DNA of 64,000 nt from the human T2T-CHM13v2.0 reference genome, Homo sapiens. The stretch lies in NCBI RefSeq assembly GCF_009914755.1, contig NC_060945.1. One strand, written 5' to 3'. The notes beneath the pieces were generated by a model. That model worked only from the letters and a program-made list of their open reading frames with translations, was not told the DNA's origin and did no database searches. Numbering within the stretch: the stretch's first letter is position 1; each line of letters starts with the position of its first letter. Made by a program: the position numbers and the translations under genes. This document shows positions 1-17,160 of this stretch, one piece after another.

Positions 1-1193
1 CTACGCAGTCCTGTGTGTTTGTAATATTGAGCCATATTTTTTAAACACTTGACTCAGCATGAAAGGAAGCTTGCCTACATGGTAACAATGGTTATCTTTA
101 GGTAGCAGAATTCAAGACTGCTTCTTTTTTCTTTTCTTCCTACTTGTATGTTATCTCTATTTCCCTGTGTGAGGATTTATGACTGTTGTGATGAAAAGGC
201 TAGTATTCTAACTCCCTGCATCATAAGCACACACCGTGCCCTGGCTGGCAGGATGGGGAGGAGGGAGCGTGTCTGTTCACCTGGCCAGCCCTAGGCAACT
301 CTGCAGAGAAAGACACAGGCACTTCCCCTCTGCAGCCAAAGAGTTAAGAAGGCTCGATGTGAAATGAATCATTCCAGGGGAGCTAAATCCCGACCTTATC
401 TAATTCTGTATCCTGAGGCTGATTAATTTAAACTCAAAAATAAAATAAACATCATCTTTAAATAGGGATTAAATACTCAGCGGGGTCCTTAGTTGAACAA
501 ACTGACATACACTTTATGGTATGGATTCAAGGGGCCCAGGGTGGGGCGAGGGCTATCTGTGGGGATGCTAGCTGAGCTAATGAGAGAAAATCGCCAGTGC
601 TCCTGGATTCCGGAGTGCATTCACCTTTAGCTTCTTCTCTGGATACCCGCAGAAAACCAAAGAGCCACCCTGTGGCAGGATCTTCACACAGGAAGTGGGC
701 TTGTGCCCTGTGTCCCCGAGGGAGAAAGAATTATGGAGGGAGTGGGTGAAGAGTTTGGAGGAAACCCCTGATGTTCTTAGAAAACAGTAGGAAAGAGATT
801 CCCTTGGCTGGGCATTGTTCACAAATAGGAGACAAATGCATGAACTAAAAACAGAGACTCCCAGCTCCCTCCATGGTCCCTGAGTTCAGAAGGGAACTCA
901 GGGAGGTGGGGCAAGTAAAAAATTGAGTGGGTTATCTGACATGCACCTGGAGAGACCCACGAACCTGAGTCAGGCATGAGAGTGGGCAGCTGGTGGATTC
1001 TTCCAGACCTGCAGCATAAAGCCAGGCGGACGTCCCAAGAACAAGCCATGTCTGCAGAGGCCTCTACTGCATCCCTGCCTCATGGACACAATGTCACAGA
1101 ACAGAATTACATCATGTGGGAGGCCATGTGCAGTGTGAGTGTCATAATGGAGCTGGACCCAGAAGGTCCCAGACCCAGGTCCAGCTACGTCTC

Positions 1194-1554
1194 TGCTATA
1201 GTCAATGTTTGTGTGTCCCTAAAATCCGTGTGTTAAAACTAATCCCTGATAGGTTAGGTTTGAATTAGGAGGCAAAGACTTTAGGAAGTGATTTCACCAT
1301 GAAAGCAAAGAGCCCATGAATGGGATAAGAGGCCTTGTAAAAGGGAGAAAAGGGAGCTTGTTCTCTCCTTCCACCATGTGAGGACACAGCTAGGAGGTGC
1401 CCTCTGTAAGATACAGGTCCTCAACAGACACCTAATCTGCCACTACTTTGACCTTCCACTTGCCAGCATCCAGACCTATGAGACAAAATTTCTGCTGCTT
1501 ATAAGCCCCCTAGGCTAAGGTATTTTGTTACGGCAGCCCAAATGGAATAAGACA
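1194..1554 (+). mobile_element. MaLR solo LTR (MLT1A-like)
   Basis: Begins TGCTATAG and ends TAAGACA, ~360 bp. Contains MLT1-type blocks (ccttccaccatgtgaggacacag; aaatttctgctgcttataagcc). Flanked by gtctc/gcctc, a 5-bp TSD with one mismatch. Confidence 0.75.
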
Positions 1555-2973
1555 GCCTCTGACCATCTTGAGCAACTCACTTATCTGTTGAACTCTCCAC
1601 AGATTTAACTGTGATGAAATCCCTTCAACAGATGTATATTGAACACCTACTATGTATAAGGACACACTGTGTTATTAGATAGGGTATAAAGAAAGTCACA
1701 GTTCCCCAGAGGTAGGCACTGCCATAGCTGAAGAGCCAACCCAAGTTGCTGTTGCCAGTGGGGGAAGGGCTGGGTGTCAGAGAAGAAGAGAACTTGCCAA
1801 AGTCCATGTCTGCAGCAATATTGGAACGTCTAATGGATGGTTCCCAAAGTGGTGACTCCTCATCTTCTTACAAAAACTCGTAGTTGTCTCTGTGTAAAGT
1901 CTTCCCAGAAATGCAGGGCAGTTGAGAATATGCAGATCAGAAAAGACAAGAGGATAGAGAGAGCAGATTCTTGGCATCAGCAGCCACGGACTTCTTGCAG
2001 GAAGGAAAGCATTTCTCCTGGATCCCTGGGTAGTAGATAAACGTACAGAAATATATTTGTTGGCTATTTGATTCATGGACTTTGAACATTTTCAGACCGA
2101 GAGGCTGAGAATCTTCTCCAACCAGATGGTGTGGGGCGTGGAAGTACAGAAAGGGATCAAAGGAGGAGGAAAGCAGAGCAATGAGAAGGGAGCTGTCAGC
2201 ATGACCAACACAGACACCTGGGTCTCTGCTACCAACAATACGAGCTAATGTATAATGATTGCAGGTCTGTAAACAGCAGGCTTTCCATATCACATGTGGC
2301 AAGCTCTGATGACAACCCTGTGTGACATGTATGGTTGTCAGAGGCAGAATGTTGCTAAATAATCACACACAACTGGTGGAATGCCAGAGAGTTTGGTTTT
2401 ACTTGGTCATCTTCCTGTTTGCTTACTATTTGTCCCATCTGTAGTTTGTTCTCCTGTTCCTCTTTGACTTCTTTTGAATTTGTTGAGTATTTTTATTTCA
2501 TTTAATCTTCTTTGTTGGCCTTTTTCCTATAACTATTTTTGCTTCATTTGGTTTTGAGTTTTAACCATTGCTCTATGGTTTATGGTATATCATATGGTTT
2601 GGATCTGTGTCCCTACCCAAATCTCATGTGGAAATATAATCCCCAATGCCACAAGTGGGGCCTGGAGGGAGGTGATTGGACCATGGAGCCGGTTTCTCAT
2701 GTTTTAACACCATCCCCACTTGGTACTATATAGCGAGTGAGTTCTCACAAGATCTGGTTATTTAATAGTGTGTGGCACCTCCCCCTCTCTCTTCCTCCTG
2801 CTCCAGTCACATAAGAAGTGCCTGCTTCCCTTTTGCCTTCCGTCATGATTGTAAGCTCCCTGAGGCCTCCCCAGAAGCCGAGCAGATGACAGAATCACGC
2901 TTCCTGTACAGCCTGCAGAACTGTGAGCCAATTAAACCTCTTTTCTTCATAAATTACCCAGTCTCAGACATTT

Positions 2974-3268
2974 ATTTTTTGAGACGTAGTCTCGCTCTGT
3001 CACCCAGGCTGCAGTGAAGTGGTGCAATCTCAGCTCACTGCAATGTCTGCCTCCCTGGTTCAAGTGATTCTGCTGCCTCAGCCTCCCGAGTAGCTCAGCT
3101 GGGACTACAGGCATATGCCACCAAGCCCACCTATTTTTCTGTGTATTTTTAGTAGACACAGGGTTTCACCATGTTGGCCAGGTTGGTCTCAATCTCCTGA
3201 ACTCGTAATCCATGCGCCTCAGCCTCCCAAAGTGCTGGGATTACAGGAGTGAGCCAGCATGCCCAGCC
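2974..3268 (-). mobile_element. Alu (AluS-like)
   Basis: Reverse-complement Alu dimer. TSD ccagtctcaga(c/t)attt at 2958-2973 and 3269-3284. Confidence 0.9.
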
Positions 3269-3288
3269 CCAGTCTCAGATATTTCTTT

Positions 3289-4170
3289 TTTTTAAAAAAT
3301 TCATTTATTATTATTTTTTTAAGTATTATAATTATACTTTAAGTTTTAGGGTACATGTGCACAACGTTCAGGTTTGTTACATATGTATACATGTGTCATG
3401 TTGGTGTGCTGCACCCATTAACTCGTCATTTAGCATTAGGTATATCTCCTAATGCTATCCCTTCCCCCTCCCCCCACCCCACAACAGTCCCCAGTGTGTG
3501 ATATCTCCCTTCCTGTGTCCATGTGTTCTCATTGTTCAATTCCCACCTATGAGTGAGAACAGGTGGTGTTTGGTTTTTTGTCCTTGTGGTAGTTTGCTGA
3601 GAATGATGGTTTCCAGTTTCATCCATGTCCCTACAAAGGCCATGAACTCATCCTTTTTATGGCCGCATAGTATTCCATGGTGTATATGTGCCACATTTTC
3701 TTAATCCAGTCTATCATTGTTGGACATTTGGGTTGGTTCCAAGTCTTTGCTATTGTGAATAGTGCCACAATAAACATATGTGTGCATGTGTCTTTATAGC
3801 AACATGATTTATAATCCTTTGGTTATATACCCAGCAATGAGATGACTGGGTCAAATGGTATTTCTAGTTCTAGATCCCTGAGGAATCACCACACTGACTT
3901 CCACAATGGTTGAACTAGTTTACAGTCCCACCAACAGTGTAAAAGTGTTCCTATTTCTCCACATCCTCTCCAGCAACTGTAGTTTCCTGACTTTTCAACG
4001 ATCACCATTCTAACTGGTGTGAGATGGTATATCATTGTGGTTTTGATTTGCATTTCTCTGATGGCCAGTGATGATATTGTGGTTTTGATTTGCATTTCTC
4101 TGATGGCCAGTGATGATGAGCATTTTTTCATGTGTTTTTTTGGCTGCATAATGTCTTCTTTTGAGAAGCG
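3289..4170 (-). mobile_element. 5'-truncated L1PA (3' end of ORF2 plus 3'UTR)
   Basis: L1PA 3'UTR and ORF2 C-terminal peptide [32 protein letters not shown] tcaga(t/c)atttcttt at 3275-3288 and 4171-4184. Confidence 0.92.
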
Positions 4171-4682
4171 TCAGACATTTCTTTATAGCAGTTCAAGAAC
4201 AGACTAATACAGTATATGTATTTAACTTAGCATTGGCTGCCATCAACATTATACCACTTCACATAGAGGATAAGAACCTTAAAATAGTGCCCATTCATTT
4301 CCCTCCTTTTGGGTTTTGTGTTATTGTTTTCATGCATTTTACGTCTGTATGTGCTGTAAACTCACATTAATTTGTCATCATTTTTGCCTTAAACAGTCAA
4401 TTATCTTTTAAAAATGCTTTTTAATGTCGTATTTTTGCTCACACATTTGCCATCTCTGGTGCTCTACATTCTTTTGTGTAGATCTGGACTTCCATCTGGT
4501 TTCACTTTCCCTCTGCCTGAAGGATTTCCTTTAATATTCCTTGTAGTGAGGACTTGCAGTTAATGCATTCTTCAAGCTTTTTAATGTCTGAAAGTCTTTA
4601 TTTCACTATCATTTTTGAAAGATATTTTTGCTGGGTGTAGAATTCTAGACTGGCAATCGTTTTATCCTTAAGTATTTTATAG

Positions 4683-5410
<728 letters not shown>

Positions 5411-8400
5411 TAACCTTTCAGATTTTATCTTTGTCACTGGTTTGGGGCAATTTGATTATGATATGCTTCAGTGTGTCATCCTCATGTCTCTTGTGCTAGG
5501 GGTTCGTTGGTTCTTAGATCTCTGGGTTTACAGTTTTTCTCAAATTTAAATTTTTTCAGCCACAGTTTTTTCAAATATTTTTTCTTCTACTCCTCCCCAC
5601 CTTCTTCAGGAACTCCAATTCCACATATATTAGTCCTGTTGGTGCTGATTTTCTGTTCAGTTTTTTCCATTATTTTCTCCATGTTCCATTTTTGATAGTT
5701 TCTACTGCTACATCTTCCAGTTGACCAATCCTTTTTTATATAATATCTATTCTATTTTAAATGCCATTTAGTATATTTTTCATCTCAGACATTGTATTTT
5801 TCACCTCTAGAAATTCAAGCTGGGTCTTCCATGTCTCTACTTCCATGTTCTAGCTTCCCTTTACCTTCTTCTTGTGGAATGTTATCATTACAATAACTGT
5901 TTTAATATTGTTGCCTACTAATTCCATCTTATTTGCCATTTCTGTATCTATTGATCAAGTTTTCTTCTCATTATTGAGACATTTCCTTTTTCTATATATG
6001 ACTGGTAATTTTCAGCTGAATGGCAGACAAAGTGAAATTTATCTTATTGTGCATTGGATATTGTTGGGTTCCTACAAATATTATTGAGCTATGTTCTAGG
6101 ATGCAGTTAAATTATCTGGAAAGATTTTGGTTCTTTGATGGTTTTCTTTGAGGTCTTGTTAAGTAGGACCTTAGCAGCCTCAGCCTAGATCTAATCTTCC
6201 ACATTACTGAGGCAACTCTTTTCTGAGTGTTCCATCAAATGGTCCGGGAAGTATAAGATTTGTCCACTGTTGCTGGTGGGAACAACAAATATGCTGGTTC
6301 TGTGGGAGGTTCAAGCATTGTTCTTTCTGTTACCTTCAGGTATTTTTTCCCCCAGACTTGTAGTTTACACACATACACGTGCTGATCAGTATTTAGCTGA
6401 AGACTCTGGAGGTTTTTTGTTTTGTGTCTTTGTCCTTTTCATTCCCGAAATACTCTGCCCTGCAGAGTTTACCTGAGCTTCTTTAGTCTCCCTGGACTCC
6501 CAGCTTCATCTCCTCAACTCAGAACCAACACCAGGCTCAGCCTGGGTTCTCCCTCCTTGAGCTGTGGCCTAGAAATGGTTTGCCTTCTGGTCACCACACC
6601 TGGGCAGTCCAGAGTCACAAGAAACTCTAGGCCATGTGGCAGAATGCCCACTGTCCCCACTTCACCACACTGTACTCTCTCCATCCAGTGCTAGCTGCAG
6701 CCACGCTGCCTCACAGTCCAGAATGCTAGCCAGAGACCAAGCTTTCTGCAGCACCTTGGCTGGGGCTCACAGATAAGAATGGCCAAGCAGTGCTCCCAGA
6801 AGACAGCAGATGCCATCAATCAGTTTTACATCAGCGAGGCACTGAGAATCTCTGGACACCAGAAGTGTCCTCTGTTGCCAGAGCTGAACTCTCAAATGAA
6901 GACTCCAGAAGGCCCTAAAATGTGGGCAAGCTCCCATCATTGCCTGTCTGTGGCCACAAGGACACAGATTCTTTCCATGGCTGGTGAGATATCCAGCACA
7001 CTGGGGACTCTGTAAAGCCCCTTTTCAACTTTAGGCCTTAGCTGAGCTCTCCATTTACCTCAGACCAGGCAGTGCACATTATGGGGGACACCACTGGGTG
7101 CTGGGATGAGAATGGCACTTGGCATGTGAGCTAGGATTGAGAGCCCATCGCTCTCTTCCCCAGGGAGGTGGTGGCCAGTTACCATCTCTGGCTTCTGTCC
7201 CCTTACCAGCCTCCTCTGCTACAATTGCATTTCTGGCAGGCAGTGGATCAGGGAAGCACTGGCAGTTGAGGACCATGTGGAGAACCACTACTGGCCAAGC
7301 ATTACCAACCTGACAGCAGAACAGGAGTGCAGCAGTGCTGAGGTGAACTTGACATAGAACTTTGAGACCATGAAGGCAGCCAACACTTCCAACTTATCAC
7401 AACCTGTCTCTCACATAGATTTATTGTAGAAGAACTCAACCATCTCCATGTCAACAAGAAATGGTCCTCTAAACCGTCACCCTTGGATTTAGATCATGAG
7501 GCTGTCCTGTCTTTAGTATGGAACTGAAAAGCTTTAATTTCCACAAAAATGTAAGGTTTTGGGCTACAGCCTTATTAAAACAAACAAATATGAGCATAGT
7601 GGTCTACAGATGGAATATCTGGGGCTCTAAACAAACTGCTCCTTGAAAGTGTAATCACTGTCTTTTTGTTTGTTTATTTAGCCTGGTAGGACAATGTCAG
7701 AAATTTCCTTGGTCATAGGGAATATAAAACATAGTGTGAACAAAAGCAGCAATAAAGCTACAAACTATTTTTTGGTGTATTTGCTTAAGTATAAGATAGC
7801 TGATTGGGGCTTTATCATGTAACGTTAGTTTGCTTAGTTTTCATTATGTTTGTTAAACTTGAATTGTGAATAAATATATGGCTGATTCACATTGTAATTA
7901 AACTGCACATTGACATAAACTGTACATTAAAAGTTGCTGCACACAGTCATCCAAAATAATACTTAGGTAAAACCAAAAATACTATAAACCAATCTCAAGG
8001 AACCTACCCTAAAATAAAAATACAGTTAAAATGGAATTGCAAAACTAGAATGGGAGAAATATTTACCCATAAAATCTTGTTTGGAACATTGATATAACAC
8101 TAGAAAAGAATTTTTCTAAATAACCACAATGTTCAACAGTGACTGTGCATCTGTGAAGACCAGGCATTTTGAATCATTGCCCTGTGGTGTGTGGCAGTAC
8201 AATTTTACAGAAATGAACTACAATAATTAATAAAATTCTCTAATGGGAAGATTTTAATGAGTAAGTATTTACACAATAAATATTTATAATGTTGGTGCTA
8301 TTATTTCACAAAATAAAAAAAGCTGTATCACAGCCTTTAAAAGCAAATAATAGCCTTACATTTCTAAATAAAGAAAAAAATATAAATTTTATGAAATATG

Positions 8401-9506
8401 GTTAAGAGTAATTGATAAAATAACAGTTGCGGCATAAATTATATTATAGTTTGGATAGAAGTTGAAAAAGTGGATGAAAATTTTAATGAGCCCTTTTTGC
8501 CTGCACTAAACTTAATCTTATACGTGAAAATTATAATATATATAGGGTACCTACTAGCTATCTAATTTACTTTTTACACAATGTATAAATCCTAGCCTAT
8601 TGGTCTTAATATTTGAACCTAAAATAACACACAAACATACAAGAGAACAAACTAAGGAAGAAATGTATGGAGACAGTGACATTATCAAAGTGGTGGAATA
8701 GGGGTTCCCTACTTTTGTATTCTCCTGCAGCAATAAAAACTAGTCAGCCATCCATCAACCAAAGTAACTTTATGAGAGATCCAGGCACAGTGGCTCATGA
8801 CAGTAATCTCCTCCATTCAGGAGCCTGAGGTGGGAGGACTGCTTCAGGCCAGGCGTTCAAGAACAGCCTGGGCAATATGGTGAGCTTTGGGATACAGGGC
8901 ATTATGAAACCTTGCTAAAACCCAAGATCGAAAAGAGTCATTTTGAGAAGGCAGGCCCTTTGGTTAATAAGGTGTCATATTATCCAAAGCAATCTGTAAG
9001 TTAACTCAAATCCCTATCAAAATCCCTGTCCCACTTTTTATAGTAATAGAAAATGCAAGCCTACAATGTAGGCTGAATGGCCAAGCCAATCATGAGGAAT
9101 AAAAAAAAAGCTGGGGACATCATACTCGTGACTGACACAAAACAGTTCAAAAGTCACTGTTTGTAGATAACCTGGGGAAAACCTGCTAGGTACTCAGTGG
9201 GAGCCACACTCACCCACACATCTGCTATTAGGCCCAGCATATAGCAGAACCTGCCCTAGTGCCTGCTCCACAAAATAAAGCCCTGAAGACAATCCAGCCT
9301 ACCCGAAAACATGACAGAACTCACAATCACACGTTCTCCTGGTAACAAGCCCATTAAAGGTAAAACCCACTTCAGATTCGGCAGCCACCTTCTGACGCAG
9401 CTACAAGCCTTTTTACTGCAAACCCAGTAAAGATCGCAGCAGCCTCGAGACCCAACAGATGAAGATCTTTACCTACTAAAACCAGTTTATAAAAATGAAA
9501 AGAGGT

Positions 9507-9725
9507 GTCTGGGCACGGTGGCTCACACCTGTAATCCCAGCACTTTGGGAGGCCGAGGTTGGTGGATCACGAGGTCAGGAGTTCAAAACCAGCCTGCTGA
9601 AGCAGAGAATTGCTTGAACCCAGGAGGCGGAGTTTGCAGCGAACCAAGATCGTGCCACAGCACTCCAACCTGGGTGACAGAGCGAGACTCCATCTCAAAA
9701 ACAAAACAACAACAACAACAACAAC
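9507..9725 (+). mobile_element. Alu with an internal deletion and a (CAA)n tail
   Basis: The left arm joins the right arm directly at ~9596 (accagcctg|ctgaagcag). TSD aaatgaaaagaggt at 9493-9506 and 9726-9739. Confidence 0.85.
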
Positions 9726-9789
9726 AAATGAAAAGAGGTGTTTGCTCCTTCAAATGTGCAAACTCCAATGCAAGTCTACATTATGCCCA

Positions 9790-11014
9790 TTCTAACGGTT
9801 CTATTTTAACATAGAACTGGAAGTCCTACTAGAATAATTAAGTCCTATATCAAATAATTAAGCAAGAAAAACTAAAAGATCCAAATTGAAAAGAAGAAAT
9901 AACGTCACTGTCTATAGATGACATAATGTTATATATAAAAAACATAAATAGTACATTTAAATAATGCGTTTAATGCATCTATAAATAAATAGTGCATCTA
10001 ATAAATGCACTCAGAAAAGAAGCAGAATATACAATTAACATACAAATATCAGTTTTGTTTATATATGCTAGCAACAAACCAGTAAAAAAGAAAAAATATC
10101 TCATTTACAATAGCAACCAAATAATAGATTTCTTAGCAATAAATTTAACCAATGTGGTGAAAGATCTTTACAATAAAAAATAAAATATATTGATAAAAAA
10201 TTAAAGAAGATACAAATAAATGTAAATATATTACATGTTTATGGATTAGAAGAATATTGTCTAAGTGCCATATTATCCAAAGCAATCTGTAGATTAATTC
10301 AACTTCCTATCAAAATTCCTGTGCCACTTTTTACAGTAATAGAAAATAAAGTCTGCAATGTATGTAAAACTATAAGAAATATTGAATGGCCAAAGCAATC
10401 ATGAGGAATAAAACAAAATCTGGGGACATTATACTTTATTATTTAAAACTGCATTTCAAGACTACAGTAAACATAATAGAATGGAATGTTTATAGGAACC
10501 AACACAAAAACCAATGGAACAGAATACAGAGCCCAGAAGTAAATCTATGCATCTAAAGTTAATCTTTGACAAGGGCACTATGAATATGCAATACAAAATG
10601 TGTAGCCTTTTCAATACTTAGTGCTGGGAAAACTGGATAGTCACAAGCACAATAAAAAAACTTGATCATATTTCTTACACCAGACACAAAAATTGACTTA
10701 AAATAAAGACTTAAATTTAATACATAAATCCTTAAAAGAAAATCTTTAAAAAAGCATATGAAAAGCCTTCATGATACTGGCCTTGGCAATGTTTTTTTTA
10801 AAATATGATATCAAAAATATAGCAATAAAAGGAGACATAAAGTTGTAGTGCATTAAAGTATTGTGCACAGCAAAAAATAAGAAAACATTTAAGATAGGAT
10901 AAAATATTTGCAAACTATATATGATAAGAGGTTAATATTCAAAATACAGCAGAAACTCATACAAATCAGAAGCTAAACAATAATAATTATAATACCCAAC
11001 TAAAAAATAAGCAA
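9790..11014 (+). mobile_element. Old L1M ORF2 remnant (host of the L1PA insertion; continues at ~17160-18050)
   Basis: Degenerate ORF2 peptides (INIQISVLFIYASN; LAINLTNVVKDLY). The sequence resumes with the L1 3' end after the L1PA. Confidence 0.7.
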
Positions 11015-11239
11015 AAGACTAAATTTTTTTTATATTATTATACTTTAATTTTAGGGTACATGTGCACAACGTGCAGGTTTGTTACATATGTATACATGTG
11101 CCATGTTGCTTTGCTGCACCCATTAACTTGTCATTTAGTATTAGGTATATCTCCTAATGCTATCCCTCCCCCCTCCCCCACCCCACAACAGGCCCCGGTG
11201 TCTGATGTTCCCCTTCCTGTGTTCATGTGTTCTCATTGT

Positions 11240-15050
<3,811 letters not shown>

Positions 15051-15113
15051 TATGATGTTAACTGATTATTTTGCTCATTAGTTGATGCAGTTTCTTCCTA
15101 GCCTCGATGGCCT

Positions 15114-16122
15114 TTACAATTTGGTGTGTTTTTGCAGTGGCTGCTACCAGTTGTTCCTTTCCATGTTTAGTGCTTCCTTCAGGAGCTCTTTTAGGGCAGG
15201 CCTGGTGGTGACAAAATATCTCAGCATTTCCTTGTCCGTAAAGGATTTTATTTCTCCTTCACTTATGAAGCTTAGTTTGGCAGGATATGAAATTCTGGGT
15301 TGAAAATTCTTTACTTTAAGAATGTTGAATATTGGTCCCCACTCTCTTCTGGCTTGTAGAGTTTCTGCTGAGAAATCAGCTGTTAGTCTGATGGGCTTCC
15401 CTTTGTGGGTAACCTGACCTTTCTCTCTGGCTGCCCTTAACATCTTTTCCTTCATTTCAACTTTCGTGAATCTGACAATGATGTGTCTTGGAGTTGCTCT
15501 TCTCGAGGAGTATCTTTGTGGTATTCTCTGTATTTCCTGAATTTGAATGTTGGCCTGCCTTGCTAGATTGTGGAAGTTCTCCTGGATAATATCCCGCTGA
15601 CTGTTTTCCAACTTGGTTCCATTCTCCCTGTCACTTTCAGGTACACCAATGCGACATAGATTTGGTCTTTTAACATAGTTCTATATTTCTTGGAGGCTTT
15701 GTTCATTTCCTTTTATTCTTTTTTCTGTAAACTTCTCTTCATGTTTCATTTCATTCATTCCATCTTCCATTGCTGATACCGTTTCTTCCAGTAGATCACA
15801 TCGGTTAATGAGGCTTGTGCATTCGTCAGGTAGTTCTTGTGTCATGGTTTTCAGCTCCATCAGGTACTTTAAGGACTTCTCTGCATTGGTTATTCTAGTT
15901 ATCCATTCGTCTAATTTTATTTCAGTTTTTAACTTCTTTGACATTGGTTTGAACTTCCTCCTTTAGCTCAGAGTTGTTTGATCTTCTGAACCTTTCCTCT
16001 CTCAACTCGTCATTCTCCATCCAGCTTTGTTCCGTTGCTGGTGAGGAGCTGTGTTCCTTTGGAGGAGGAGAAGTGCTATGATTTTTAGAGTTTCCAGTTT
16101 TTCTGCTCTGTTTTTTCCCCAT
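15114..16122 (-). pseudogene. L1 ORF1p, frameshifted
   Basis: MGKKQSRKTGNSKN... and RATPRHIIVRFTKVEMKEKMLRAAREKG are spread over three ORF fragments. Confidence 0.93.
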
Positions 16123-16696
16123 CTTTGTGGTTTTATCTACTTTTGGTCTTTGATGATGGTGACGTACAGATGGGTTTTGGTGTGGATGTCCTTTCTGTTT
16201 GTTAGTTTTCCTTCTAACAGTCAGGACCCTCAGCTGCTGGTCTGTTGGAGTTTACTGGAGTTCCACTCCAGACCCTGTTTGCCTGGGTATCAGCAGCGGT
16301 GGCTGCAGAATAGCGGATATTGGTGAACTGCAAATGCTGCTGCCTGATGGTTCCTCTGGAAGTTTTGTCTCAGAGGAGTACCCGGCCATGTGAGGTGTCA
16401 GTCCACCGCTACTGGGGGGTGCCTCCCAGTTAGGCTACTCGGGGGTCAGGGACCCACTTGAGGAGGCAGCCTGCCCATTCTCTGATCTCAAGCTGTGTAC
16501 TGGGAGAACCACTACTCTCTTCAAATCTGTGGGACAGGGAGAATTATGTCTGCAGAGGTTATTGCTGTCTTTTGTTTGTCTGTGCCCTGCCCCCAGAGGT
16601 GGAGCCTACAGAGACAGGCAGGCCTCCTTGAGCTGTGGTGGACTCCACCCAGTTCGACCTTCCTGGCTGCTTTGTTTACCTACTCAAGCCTGAGCA

Positions 16697-16837
16697 ATGG
16701 TGGGAGCCCCACCCCCAGCCTCACTGTCACCTTGCAGTTTGATCTCAGACTGCTGTGCTAGCAATGAGCAAGGCTCCATGGGTGTGGGACCCTCCGAGCC
16801 AGGTGCAGGATATAATCTCCTGGTGTGCTGTTTGTGA
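16697..16837 (+). pseudogene. L1 antisense ORF0 homolog, prematurely stopped (46 aa)
   Basis: Manual translation MVGAPPPASLSPCSLISDCCASNEQGSMGVGPSEPGAGYNLLVCCL* matches the N-terminus of primate L1 ORF0. Confidence 0.75.
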
Positions 16838-17160
16838 AGCTGGTTGTAAAAGTGCAGTATTAGGGTGAGAGTGACCCGATTTTCCAGGCGCCATCTGTCA
16901 CCCCTTTCTTTGACTAGGAAAGGGAATTCCCTGACCCCTTGTGCTTCCCAGGTGAGGTGATGCCTCACCCTGCTTCGGCTCATGCGTGGTGTGCTGTTCC
17001 CACTGTCCTGCACCCACTGACCAGCACTCCCCAGTGAGATGAGACTGGTACCTTAGTTGGTAATGCAGAAATCACCCATCTTCTGTGTCACTCACGCTGG
17101 GAGCTGTAGACTGGAGCTGTTCCTATTCGGCCCTCTTGGCTCCACTGACCAAGACTAAAT

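Larger units (their letters stand above)
2590..4211 (+). mobile_element. MaLR solo LTR (MST family), interrupted by an Alu and an L1
   Basis: Starts tcatatggtttggatctgtgtcc and ends agactaataca. Perfect 5-bp TSD GTATA at 2585-2589 and 4212-4216. Confidence 0.85.

Noticed and set aside
2670-2690. DUX4 binding site in the MST LTR forming a local feedback loop with the DUX4-like copies
   Set aside because: The motif is degenerate (tgattggacca) and neither DUX copy can encode an intact homeodomain.
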